Assembly (NCBI GenBank): GCA_963851055.1
Contig: CAWKMY010000006.1
Span: forward strand, 14,663-78,662
Reading direction: 5' to 3'
Source: an uncultured bacterium
GTDB taxonomy: Bacteria > Patescibacteriota > Minisyncoccia > Phycocordibacterales > PALSA-1337
DNA: 64,000 nt
Shown: positions 18,645 through 27,169 of the stretch, piece after piece
Layout of the letters: the number at the start of each line of letters is the position of its first letter
Position numbering within the stretch: the first letter of the stretch is position 1
The notes under the pieces: generated by a model
Told to the model about the DNA's origin: nothing
Seen by the model: only the letters and a program-made list of their open reading frames with translations
Databases searched by the model: none
Made by a program: the position numbers and the translations under genes

Positions 18645-19085
18645 ATGTTGCTGTGTATGGACGAAATATACATCAAAGACTTCGATAAATGGAATGAATG
18701 CCAAAAGGCTCTTGATAAACAAGAATTCGAGGGATTTTGTCGTGAACGAGAAGTTTGGTGGTGCGCCTTGGGAGTGAATATTGGCTCGGAACAAGACGGT
18801 AAGAATGATTTATTTGAACGACCAGTACTCATTATCAAGAAGATCCGAAAAGATCTATTACGCATCATTCCACTTACAAGTAAAATAGAAAACCACGATG
18901 ACCGTATAACTGCGATCATTGCTGGAGAAAAATCCCAAATACTTCTCTCACAAGCTAAAACTATCAGCAGTAAGAGGTTATTAAGAAAAATAGGTTATGT
19001 ACGAATCCCATTATTCCAAGAGGTAATCATCCGTCTAGTCAAATCCATACTTGATATCCCTTACGAAAGCGAAACCCCGCTATAA
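18645..19085 (+). CDS. MazF/PemK/EndoA-family endoribonuclease toxin homologue (no obvious cognate antitoxin ORF)
   Basis: REVWWCALGVNIGSEQDGKNDLFERPVLIIK and SQILLSQAKTISSKRL closely parallel B. subtilis EndoA/MazF ([41 protein letters not shown]). Confidence 0.7.
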   Translation: MLLCMDEIYIKDFDKWNECQKALDKQEFEGFCREREVWWCALGVNIGSEQDGKNDLFERPVLIIKKIRKDLLRIIPLTSKIENHDDRITAIIAGEKSQILLSQAKTISSKRLLRKIGYVRIPLFQEVIIRLVKSILDIPYESETPL

Positions 19086-19577
19086 AAGCGGGGAATCTCG
19101 GAGCCCGAAGGCCAAGGTGATACAAGTATATAGGATATAATTTCTGTGTCAAGAAAGATGCTTAGGTGGCATTCACAGCAAAAATAATAACCTTCATTTC
19201 TTGAGTGTAATGAATGAAAGACAACACAAGAGGCCTCTATTAAAGGCCTCTTGAAGAATCTCCGCGTTTTTCGCAAAGCAAGACTGTTCCGGAGGGACCC
19301 CTATTTTTCTCCCTCAACGCCTTTTCATGCCGTATATAAATCAAGGCCGTAGACCTGGGGGATTTACTACATCAAAACTAGTCTTATGACTACATTTTAA
19401 CAAAAATAAAGGCGTTGTCAAACAAAAAAAATATTCATAAATATGCAGAAAACCCGTGCGATTCCATCGTACGGGTTTTGAATGTCAGCGGCTCATTCCG
19501 TGCCGGGTGGTTAGACCACCAAATTTTTAGGACAAAGGTCAAAGTGACAAAAGTCATCAGTGACTAAGTCCAGAGTG

Positions 19578-20387
19578 CTAACTTGCGGACACCGCGGCCG
19601 GGCTGCGGCCATTGAAGTCAACGTCGAGCCAGCGGTAGACCCAGACCCACCCATCGCCGCGCCAGTAGAGGAAACGGACACAGAGGCGGCCACCGGCGTC
19701 GCGGTATATGGTGCCCCAGAAGAAGACGGCTTTGCCTTTCCATTCCTCCGGAATCAGATGGAGATTCGCCATATAGAAGTCCCCCAATTGGGCACCATAG
19801 ACCGGAACTTTCTCCAGCTTCTGGCGAAGTTTGTTCCCCTGGATCCATTTGCCGTCCTTCTGTCCGTCGTCCAGATGAAGCGCAACTTTCTTGGAGTCGA
19901 ACTTCATGGTGCCACGCACCCGATTGGGAAGCTGTTTGGCATCCGGCAGGATCGTCCAACCTTTCGGCACAGACGGAGCCTTGTCGAAGTCAATCAGGTG
20001 TTCAATGGGTTTGATTTCGGAGCAGCCGCGGATATACGAGAGGATTCGGCCGAGCTTGTCGGTATCCCCCGCGATCGAAGCAAAGTCTGCCTCGCGGAAC
20101 CCCACCTTCTTGGCGTAATCCTCGATGGCCAACAAGGACATGAGGAACGGCTGGCCTTGAATGACTTCCGCCGTGATGGCCTGTTTCCACGGTAGGGCCT
20201 TACGGAGCGCCTCGAGATGTTCGGATTCGACTCCGAACGAGGCGAGCAACTCCAAGGTTGCGGTGATTTCAGAATACGGTGTTTTGACAAGATTCCCTTT
20301 CATAAAGGTCATCCTTTCTTTGTTTGGCTCCCTCTCGCATAGCGAAAGGTCGCTGGTTTTTGTTTGCTGGACTCTTCGCCACAGCAT
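19578..20387 (-). CDS. Hypothetical protein in a conspicuously GC-rich segment
   Basis: 269 aa ORF with protein-like composition; overlapping plus-strand ORF 19560..20195 judged antisense artefact of GC-rich DNA. Confidence 0.45.
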   Translation of the reverse strand: MLWRRVQQTKTSDLSLCEREPNKERMTFMKGNLVKTPYSEITATLELLASFGVESEHLEALRKALPWKQAITAEVIQGQPFLMSLLAIEDYAKKVGFREADFASIAGDTDKLGRILSYIRGCSEIKPIEHLIDFDKAPSVPKGWTILPDAKQLPNRVRGTMKFDSKKVALHLDDGQKDGKWIQGNKLRQKLEKVPVYGAQLGDFYMANLHLIPEEWKGKAVFFWGTIYRDAGGRLCVRFLYWRGDGWVWVYRWLDVDFNGRSPAAVSAS

Positions 20388-20448
20388 TCAAAGGCCTAAG
20401 ATTCAAGCCGCTAAATTAAGGGCTTTTTTTCTGCAATCTTCTAACTCC

Positions 20449-21012
20449 TTACTTCTTACTTCCTGCTTCTTCTCTTTTGAGTGGCAATCCCAGATATTCG
20501 AGGAAAGTGAGAGTGGTCTTCTTGTCGTTGGAAGTAGTAACGAGAGTGATACCCATACCGAAGACGTCTTTGAGGTCCTCATCCGAGGTCTCGGCGAAAA
20601 TACTGTGCTCTTTGATACCGATAGTGTAATTGCCCATGGCGTCGACGGCTGTGCGAGAAAGTCCGCGGAAGTCCTTGGTGCGAGGCAAAGCGATATTGAT
20701 GAGACGATCCATAAACTCTGTCATTCGAGGGCCGCGAAGAGTGACCTGGTAAGCGAGTGGGTCACCAAGGCGAGTCTTGAATGTGGCGATGGCTTTCTTG
20801 GCAACACGAAGAGCAGGCTTCTGACCGGTAATGCGGGCCATACGGTCAGCGATGAGCTCGATCTTCTTCTTGTCTTTGACCGAGCCAAAACCGGTTCCGA
20901 TAACAACTTTGGAGAGCTTCGGAGCTTGCATAGGATTCTTTAGATGGAGCTTTTCCTTAAGAGCGCTGAATGATTCCTTATTTAGCTGTTGAGTTGTCTT
21001 TACGTGTGTCAT
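20449..21012 (-). CDS. rplE: 50S ribosomal protein L5
   Basis: 187 aa, L5 signature. Confidence 0.9.
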   Translation of the reverse strand: MTHVKTTQQLNKESFSALKEKLHLKNPMQAPKLSKVVIGTGFGSVKDKKKIELIADRMARITGQKPALRVAKKAIATFKTRLGDPLAYQVTLRGPRMTEFMDRLINIALPRTKDFRGLSRTAVDAMGNYTIGIKEHSIFAETSDEDLKDVFGMGITLVTTSNDKKTTLTFLEYLGLPLKREEAGSKK

Positions 21013-21035
21013 GGTAGTTTATTGAAAATCCGGAA

Positions 21036-21254
21036 TTAGCTGACTTTAACGACTTTGCTTGCGTGCATGGGCATTGCCCTCTCGACAACTTGACCTTTTT
21101 GGTCTTGCCTCTTTGAACGTTCGTGCTTCTTTACTGTATTCATGCCTTCAATGACGATCTTGTTTACAGCCGGAAAAGCGTGAGCAACCTTGCCGGTCTT
21201 GCCCTTGTCATCGCCTGAGAGTATTTTGACTGTGTCGCCTTTTTTGATATGCAT
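21036..21254 (-). CDS. rplX: 50S ribosomal protein L24
   Basis: KOW motif MHIKKGDTVKILSGDDKGKTGKV. Confidence 0.85.
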   Translation of the reverse strand: MHIKKGDTVKILSGDDKGKTGKVAHAFPAVNKIVIEGMNTVKKHERSKRQDQKGQVVERAMPMHASKVVKVS

Positions 21255-21285
21255 GGTAGTTAAATGAAATGGGAAATTGTATCGG

Positions 21286-21657
21286 TTAGACGATTTCGGC
21301 GGCCTTAGATGCTATGGTTTTGAAACCAGCTTCGGCTATCTCGCGAGGAATAGGCCCGAATATACGTCCGGCAATAGGCTCTTTCTTGTCCTTCTCTATG
21401 ATGACTACTGCATTCTCGTCGAAACGGATGTATGAACCATCTTTTCTGCGAGTGGCTTTGATCTGGCGGACGACGACAGCATGGAGGACGTCCTTCTTCT
21501 TCACAGCCTTACGAGGTTCAGCTTTCTGAACAGACAGAACCACGATCTCACCGAGCTCCGCATAGCGCTTCTTTGACGAACCGAGCACCTTGAATATGCG
21601 TCCGATCTTTGCGCCGGAATTGTCTGCTATATTCACTATTGAGCGGGGTTGGATCAT
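21286..21657 (-). CDS. rplN: 50S ribosomal protein L14
   Basis: MIQPRSIVNIADNSGAK ... classic L14. Confidence 0.9.
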   Translation of the reverse strand: MIQPRSIVNIADNSGAKIGRIFKVLGSSKKRYAELGEIVVLSVQKAEPRKAVKKKDVLHAVVVRQIKATRRKDGSYIRFDENAVVIIEKDKKEPIAGRIFGPIPREIAEAGFKTIASKAAEIV

Positions 21658-21666
21658 ATCGGTATA

Positions 21667-21954
21667 TTATACGATGACCTTAAATGCTTTATTCTTGGAG
21701 ATGGGCTTGCAAGCCTCGATGGTGGCTGTATCCCCCACTTTCTTGGTATTTCCGACATCATGAGCCATGAGCTTGGTCTTACGGGTCTGGAACTTGTGAT
21801 ACTTGGCATGCTTGATGAAACGCTCTATGACTACGACTGTCGTATCTTTCATGCTGGCCGAAGAAACAACGCCTGTATAAGTTTGGCGGTTCACCTTCTT
21901 TGTTGAATCTTTGGAAGAAGCTTCGTCTTTAGTTGTTATCTTGGTTGCGGTCAT
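21667..21954 (-). CDS. rpsQ: 30S ribosomal protein S17
   Basis: 95 aa, S17 OB-fold sequence. Confidence 0.85.
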   Translation of the reverse strand: MTATKITTKDEASSKDSTKKVNRQTYTGVVSSASMKDTTVVVIERFIKHAKYHKFQTRKTKLMAHDVGNTKKVGDTATIEACKPISKNKAFKVIV

Positions 21955-21997
21955 TGGGTTGTTGATACTACTTGAATTTGATTGAAATGTCTATAGT

Positions 21998-22207
21998 CTA
22001 GGCCCTCTTTCCATTATCAATAACAGACATGGCTGTCATGATGCGAGCAATGTCCTTACGGATGGTCCTGCCCTCTTTTACATTCTTGGTCTTGGCACCG
22101 GAAGCACCAAACCTGAATACACGCAAAGCTTCGCGCTTGTCGGAGACCAGTTTGGCTAGGTCTGCTTGAGTCTTATTGGTTATATCCTTCATTTTGGTGG
22201 ATTTCAT
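21998..22207 (-). CDS. rpmC: 50S ribosomal protein L29
   Basis: L29-like 69 aa from internal Met MKSTKMKDITNKTQADLAKLVSDKREALRVFRF; upstream 61 codons of the ORF are non-L29 read-through. Confidence 0.7.
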   Translation of the reverse strand: MKSTKMKDITNKTQADLAKLVSDKREALRVFRFGASGAKTKNVKEGRTIRKDIARIMTAMSVIDNGKRA

Positions 22208-22400
22208 GGGGGACTGAATATAAAAAGCTCCACAGAGCCGTGGGAATAGACTACCAAAGCCGCTTGACAAAGTCAATGAAACGGCTATGATTGATTCCAA
22301 CGAGCAGGCAGGGACAAATTCCTGTAGGAAAAGCCATAAAAAGCTACTTGCCGAGCTGGCCTCCCCCGAAAGGGGGCGGTTTCGTCTCAACCTATGTTAG

Positions 22401-22428
22401 TTGTCCTAATATTCCTTCGTAGTATACT
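22401..22428 (+). promoter_or_regulatory. Sigma70-like promoter (TTGTCC-N16-TATACT) for the antisense cargo genes
   Basis: ttgtcc at 22401-22406, tatact at 22423-22428, ATG at 22431. Confidence 0.45.
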
Positions 22429-22430
22429 TA

Positions 22431-22943
22431 ATGTTAAATATGCTTAAAACAAGGTCACAACAACTGAACGAGCGTTTATACGAGAATGCAATCTTGTATT
22501 TTATCAAGTATTGCAACAATCAATACCTCGGCAAGACTAAGCTGAATAAGCTTTTGTACTACTTGGATTTCATCTCTTTCAGGGATACGACGAAGACCGT
22601 GAGCGGTGATTCGTATGTACATCAGGAATATGGTCCAGTACCCACTCACATGGATCAAGTATTAACCGAACTCAAAACAAAAGGAATTATTGAAACCGAG
22701 GCTATGCCATACAAAGACGGAGAAATGATCCGTTTTCAGATAAAGAAGACTGACTCCTTGAACGAGAATCTCTTCTCTAAGGATCAAAAAATCCTTTTGA
22801 AAGAAATCTGCGATGAATTCGGTAGTTGGTCAACTGACAAGATCGTGACGCAAACACACCTTGAAGCTCCATGGTTCTTCTCCAAGCCATTTGAAATAGT
22901 CGACTACAAATACGCTGAGGATATAGACTTTTTCCGAAAGTAA
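22431..22943 (+). CDS. Panacea-domain (DUF4065, SocA-like) putative antitoxin
   Basis: KLNKLLYYLDFISFRDTTKTVSGDSYVHQEYGPVP matches the DUF4065/Panacea core (KLxKLLYY...GxPxx...EYGPV). Confidence 0.55.
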   Translation: MLNMLKTRSQQLNERLYENAILYFIKYCNNQYLGKTKLNKLLYYLDFISFRDTTKTVSGDSYVHQEYGPVPTHMDQVLTELKTKGIIETEAMPYKDGEMIRFQIKKTDSLNENLFSKDQKILLKEICDEFGSWSTDKIVTQTHLEAPWFFSKPFEIVDYKYAEDIDFFRK

Positions 22944-22957
22944 TCTCTACTAACGCG

Positions 22958-23347
22958 ATGATCTGGATATATGTCGAACGCGAACAGTATGTCCGGATGT
23001 GCGAGAGGCTAAGGATTTCCACTGAATTGCGTGGAGCAATCAAAAGTTGGGCGCAGACGGTATCGAATAAAAGTGAAGCCCCTCGTTTGAAGCTAGTGTA
23101 TCGCTCACCGAATAATCGCTATGAAGCATGGAATGCTGGAATACCTAACCCAGAGAGCAATCGCGGCAAAAGAGGCGGATATCGCATTGTCTATTTCCTT
23201 GATCTTTTCGAAGGATCAATAAACTTGGATTTCATCGAGGAACGGAAGAACCTCGGATTTGGCAATGAACACCCCAGAGATAAAGAGAGATACAATGATT
23301 ATGTACGCGTGCTGAAAGGATATATCTTGAGATTATGCGCGGAGTAG
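22958..23347 (+). CDS. RelE/HigB/Gp49-like putative toxin
   Basis: NRGKRGGYRIVYFLD resembles the G(K/R)xGGYR(V/I)(I/V)Y signature of RelE/ParE-superfamily Gp49/HigB toxins. The gene starts 15 nt downstream of the Panacea gene. Confidence 0.45.
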   Translation: MIWIYVEREQYVRMCERLRISTELRGAIKSWAQTVSNKSEAPRLKLVYRSPNNRYEAWNAGIPNPESNRGKRGGYRIVYFLDLFEGSINLDFIEERKNLGFGNEHPRDKERYNDYVRVLKGYILRLCAE

Positions 23348-23371
23348 GGAAAAAGCTGTTATACTTCCGAT

Positions 23372-24139
23372 ATGAAAGAGTTTGAGCAAATAATAAAAGA
23401 GGCAGAAAAGCAAGAAGAAATCGTAGGCTTGATCTTGCTCGGTTCACGTGGCAAAGGATTTGAGAATGAATACTCCGATTATGATGCAGTGATGATCGTG
23501 AAGGATGAGTTTGCTGGTGCTTTTAGAGAAAGATATGGAAAACGAGATTTTAACAATGTTGAACTCGTGATAATGTCCATTTCTGACTTCAAGAAATATG
23601 CAGAATGGGGCAGTCCCGAATCGTGGGACAAATACGATTATGCCCATACAAAAATACTTGTAGACAAGACTAACGATTTACCTGCTCTTGTCAAAGAAAA
23701 AGGATTTGTGCCAGCAGAAAAATTGGAAGAGTTTATTGGTGGCTGTATAGATGGATATGTGAATGGGGCATATCGTTCGATAAAATGTATCCGTAATAAC
23801 AATCTATTCGGTGCACGCTTGGAAGCGTCTAACTCGATGCTTGACTTACTAACCTGTGTTTTCGCCTTCAATGGCAGATGCAGGCCTTTTCTTGGGTATG
23901 TCGAGAAGGAACTCGAGAAGTATCCGCTGGAATATCTCCCGTGGCATTCCATCGAACTTCTGGCAAAAATAGAAAAAGTGCTGGCAACTGCAGACCTTAA
24001 AACTCAACAGGAACTACTTATGGGAATTGAAAAGATGAGCCGTGAGACTGGGCATGGCAAAGTGTTCGATGGCTGGAAGGGCAAGGATAAGTGGGCGATG
24101 GAATATAAGCCCGCAGTAAAATCAAAAACCAAGCAGTAA
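23372..24139 (+). CDS. ANT(6)/AadK-family nucleotidyltransferase (streptomycin adenylyltransferase-like)
   Basis: EIVGLILLGSRGKGFENEYSDYDAVMIVKDEF matches the ANT(6) N-terminal GSR...SDYD(I/V)...V.D nucleotidyltransferase motif; about 255 aa as in AadE/AadK. Confidence 0.6.
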   Translation: MKEFEQIIKEAEKQEEIVGLILLGSRGKGFENEYSDYDAVMIVKDEFAGAFRERYGKRDFNNVELVIMSISDFKKYAEWGSPESWDKYDYAHTKILVDKTNDLPALVKEKGFVPAEKLEEFIGGCIDGYVNGAYRSIKCIRNNNLFGARLEASNSMLDLLTCVFAFNGRCRPFLGYVEKELEKYPLEYLPWHSIELLAKIEKVLATADLKTQQELLMGIEKMSRETGHGKVFDGWKGKDKWAMEYKPAVKSKTKQ

Positions 24140-24140
24140 G

Positions 24141-24566
24141 TTAACCCCTCGCCACTATCTTTGTCTTCATCGGAAGTTTGGTACCAGCCTTGCGAAGGGC
24201 TTCATGAGCTACAGCCGGTTCTACACCGTCTATCTCGAACATGACGCGACCTGGCTTGACCACGGCTACGAATCCGACAGGTTCTCCCTTGCCCTTTCCC
24301 ATTTTCACTTCGGCAGGCTTCTGGGTGAAAGGATGATCAGGGAAAATGCGGATCCAAACTTTACCGGTCTTTCCTGCATTGTGCATGGCGGCCTTGCGTG
24401 CTGACTCGATCTGGTTGGAAGTGACGCGGCCATACTTCATGGCTTTCAAACCAAAAGAACCAAAAGAAACTTCGAGACCACGAGTCTCTGTCTTCATCGA
24501 TTCCTTGGCAGCGTTCTTGCGCTTTGTGAACCACTTGCGATGCTTTACTTTCTTTGGGAATAACAT
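24141..24566 (-). CDS. rplP: 50S ribosomal protein L16
   Basis: [13 protein letters not shown] ... classic L16. Its stop codon lies 1 nt from the convergent ANT(6)-like stop. Confidence 0.9.
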   Translation of the reverse strand: MLFPKKVKHRKWFTKRKNAAKESMKTETRGLEVSFGSFGLKAMKYGRVTSNQIESARKAAMHNAGKTGKVWIRIFPDHPFTQKPAEVKMGKGKGEPVGFVAVVKPGRVMFEIDGVEPAVAHEALRKAGTKLPMKTKIVARG

Positions 24567-24615
24567 TGTAGTTAATTATTCAATGATCAATTTTCAATGA
24601 TCATTGTGTTATTGA

Positions 24616-25287
24616 TTATTTCTTCATATCCGCCTTAAATATCTCACCCTTGTATATCCAAACCTTTATGCCTATGTCTCCATAAGTCATATGCGCCTTC
24701 TCGCGAGCAAAATCAATGTCGGCGCGCAAAGTCTGGAGAGGGACTTGGCCTTTCTTGAGCTCTTCTGAGCGGGCGATTTCAGCACCACCGAGACGACCGC
24801 CGAGACGGACGCGGATGCCTTTGACTTCTTTGTGAGCCATGACCTTTTCTATAGTCTGCTTGAGAACACGGCGGAATGGCAGACGCTTCTCGAGAGCTTC
24901 AGCTATCATCATTCCGGTAATGGCGGCATTTGATTCTGGGCCGCGGATCTCTTCGACATCGAGCTTGAGCTCCTGACCCTTGAGATCAATCTTGGCTTTG
25001 CGGATGAGAGTCATTACCTTCTCGCGCAGCTTGACGATACCGTCGCCGGCCTTGCCTATGAGCATACCTGGACGAGAAGTTTTGACGATAACGCGTATAC
25101 CCTTCTGGGTGCGCTCTATATCTATACCTCCGAGGTAGAATGAGCGCAATTCTTTCTGCAAGAATTCGCGGATAATAATGTCGGTCTTCAGTGCTGTGCG
25201 ATATTCCTGATCCACGCGGAACCAGCGGCTCTTCCAGTCGCGAATGATTCCTAGTCTATGAGAATATGGGTGTACGGTGTGTGACAT
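24616..25287 (-). CDS. rpsC: 30S ribosomal protein S3
   Basis: 223 aa with KH domain and S3 C-terminal domain. Confidence 0.9.
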   Translation of the reverse strand: MSHTVHPYSHRLGIIRDWKSRWFRVDQEYRTALKTDIIIREFLQKELRSFYLGGIDIERTQKGIRVIVKTSRPGMLIGKAGDGIVKLREKVMTLIRKAKIDLKGQELKLDVEEIRGPESNAAITGMMIAEALEKRLPFRRVLKQTIEKVMAHKEVKGIRVRLGGRLGGAEIARSEELKKGQVPLQTLRADIDFAREKAHMTYGDIGIKVWIYKGEIFKADMKK

Positions 25288-25288
25288 G

Positions 25289-25618
25289 TTATTTGGAAGC
25301 TAATGTTATGGAAACGTGGCTGGTGCGCTTCTTTATAGGATGGGCGGAGCCACGCGATACTGGCATATGGCGCTTCAGGACATATCCCTGATTTACCTGG
25401 ATCTCTTTTACAAAAAGGGTTGCCTTGTCTAACTTGTGATTGTGAGAGGCGTTGGCAACAGCAGAATCTATGAGGTCAGCCAATGGATGACGAGCCTTCT
25501 TGTCTACGTTAGCAAGAATGGTCAAAGCCTGTGCTATCCCCTTTCCGCGTATCATATCAGCCACAACGCGAACTTTGCGTGGAGAAATTCTATAGTTCTG
25601 TAGGGATGCGGTGACCAT
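25289..25618 (-). CDS. rplV: 50S ribosomal protein L22
   Basis: 109 aa, L22 signature. Confidence 0.9.
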   Translation of the reverse strand: MVTASLQNYRISPRKVRVVADMIRGKGIAQALTILANVDKKARHPLADLIDSAVANASHNHKLDKATLFVKEIQVNQGYVLKRHMPVSRGSAHPIKKRTSHVSITLASK

Positions 25619-25638
25619 GTTAGTTAGGAGTTAGGAGA

Positions 25639-25989
25639 TTATTTTTTGGTACTGCCCTCGGAGGCGGCGGCCTTGGCGGCGGATGCGGCTGCGACTTCAG
25701 CCTCCTTGGCCTTGAGCTCAATCTCCTTCTGCATCTTACCTCCATGGCGTACGAACTTCTTCGTAGGCGAGAATTCACCGAGGCGGTGTCCAACCATATC
25801 CTCGGTGACTAGTACTTCATTATGAACTCTTCCATTGTGAACGCCGAAAGTGAATCCAACCATCTCTGGAGAAATCTGTGAGCGGCGAGCCCAAGTTTTT
25901 ATGATGCCTGCTGTCGCAGGTTTCTTGCCGGCTATTTTGTGAAGCAGGCGTTCATCCACGTATGGACCTTTAGATAGTGATCTGGACAT
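25639..25989 (-). CDS. rpsS: 30S ribosomal protein S19 with A/K-rich C-terminal tail
   Basis: S19 core from [12 protein letters not shown]; C-terminal [29 protein letters not shown] extension. Confidence 0.85.
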   Translation of the reverse strand: MSRSLSKGPYVDERLLHKIAGKKPATAGIIKTWARRSQISPEMVGFTFGVHNGRVHNEVLVTEDMVGHRLGEFSPTKKFVRHGGKMQKEIELKAKEAEVAAASAAKAAASEGSTKK

Positions 25990-26063
25990 AAAAAAGCTCG
26001 TAGCGAGCGTAAGAGGCATGGTAGCATAGCCAGTTTAGGCCGTCAAATTGGCGTGAGACAGGT

Positions 26064-26411
26064 CTATTTTGTGTATTTTATAGGCGCTTCCTGAACAGAT
26101 AATACTAGAGTATCTTCAGCCACCTCGTAACCATGTGGAACACCTTTAGGAAGATCAATGACCTGCCCTGATTTATAATCAATATTTTTGTCTCCGAGAA
26201 TAGCTATGCCTTTACCTTTTAGTATATACAACTTAGAAGAGGCCTCATTGTGTGAATGAACCGGGTCTATAACGCCTTTGGCGAGAAAGGCAAATACAAT
26301 TTGCTGACCATCTTCAAATACAGGAAAGATAAAAACATCTCGTTCCTCCTTACCTTTCCCAAGGTGTTTATGAGTGAGTAGATTCTTTAATATAATAAAT
26401 AAATTATCCAT
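26064..26411 (-). CDS. Cupin-domain protein
   Basis: 115 aa, two-His cupin motifs (HSHNEASSKLYILKG ... GVPHGYEV). Confidence 0.5.
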   Translation of the reverse strand: MDNLFIILKNLLTHKHLGKGKEERDVFIFPVFEDGQQIVFAFLAKGVIDPVHSHNEASSKLYILKGKGIAILGDKNIDYKSGQVIDLPKGVPHGYEVAEDTLVLSVQEAPIKYTK

Positions 26412-26418
26412 ATTAATA

Positions 26419-27093
26419 TTATTTTCTACCCCAAACTAATACGCGTTTTCTGATTCCATAACCTGGACGGAAATACCTTAAGTACTTAGAACCAACTGAT
26501 TTATAACCAGATCTTTTAAGAGAATCTCTAAGATATTTTGCAGAGAACCAATATATATTTTTAAAACCATCGTGTATCTGTACTGGCACTTTCTTTGTCG
26601 GTGAATCATTTGCAATAAATAATACCCCGTCTTCCTTTAAAGCCTTTTTTGCCTCTGCCAGAAATTTTCCCACAGATGCATTTTTATCTGCTAAATGACC
26701 AATCACCCCATCGCTTAAGATCAGATCAAAATGATTATTGAGGTCGAATTTTCCTGTTGCATCTAAATACTTAACCTTGAGTCCTTTGGCCATAGCAAAC
26801 TTCAAAGCTTGTATCGACACATCGGTCGCCAACACATTGCAACCACTATCGGCTAGTCTCTTCTCTATAAAAGCATTGCCGCAACCAATACTTAATATAT
26901 TTGGCTTTTTTACCCTCTTTAGAAGAGATAGTATATCTGAGCAAATTGCTTCTAGATAATCTTTGTCAAAAGTTGATGGAGTAATCGAGCTCCCAACATT
27001 TTTTCCCTTTTCCCAAAGCTCAAATCTAGACCGACCATCTTGTACTGGTTCTTCATACATCCTCACTGTTTCTTTTATCTCCGACAATCTCAT
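26419..27093 (-). CDS. Class I SAM-dependent methyltransferase
   Basis: Motif I ILSIGCGNAFIEKRLADSGCNVLATDVS and downstream acidic motif LILSDGV. Confidence 0.6.
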   Translation of the reverse strand: MRLSEIKETVRMYEEPVQDGRSRFELWEKGKNVGSSITPSTFDKDYLEAICSDILSLLKRVKKPNILSIGCGNAFIEKRLADSGCNVLATDVSIQALKFAMAKGLKVKYLDATGKFDLNNHFDLILSDGVIGHLADKNASVGKFLAEAKKALKEDGVLFIANDSPTKKVPVQIHDGFKNIYWFSAKYLRDSLKRSGYKSVGSKYLRYFRPGYGIRKRVLVWGRK

Positions 27094-27169
27094 CGCAAAA
27101 ATATATCATAATCGTAGGCAAAAAACCCGTAGCGCAATGCCACGGGCTGACTACTTTATGAAAAACAGG

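Noticed and set aside
19560-20195. 211-aa plus-strand ORF overlapping the minus-strand 269-aa ORF
   Set aside because: GC-rich DNA generates long antisense ORFs. The minus-strand product has more protein-like composition and is longer, so the plus ORF is treated as an artefact.
20405-20432. Plus-strand hairpin aagcc/ggctt followed by a T-run between rplE and the GC-rich gene
   Set aside because: No plus-strand gene ends there; on the minus strand it is an A-run then hairpin, so not a functional terminator for either flanking gene. Kept only as a note.
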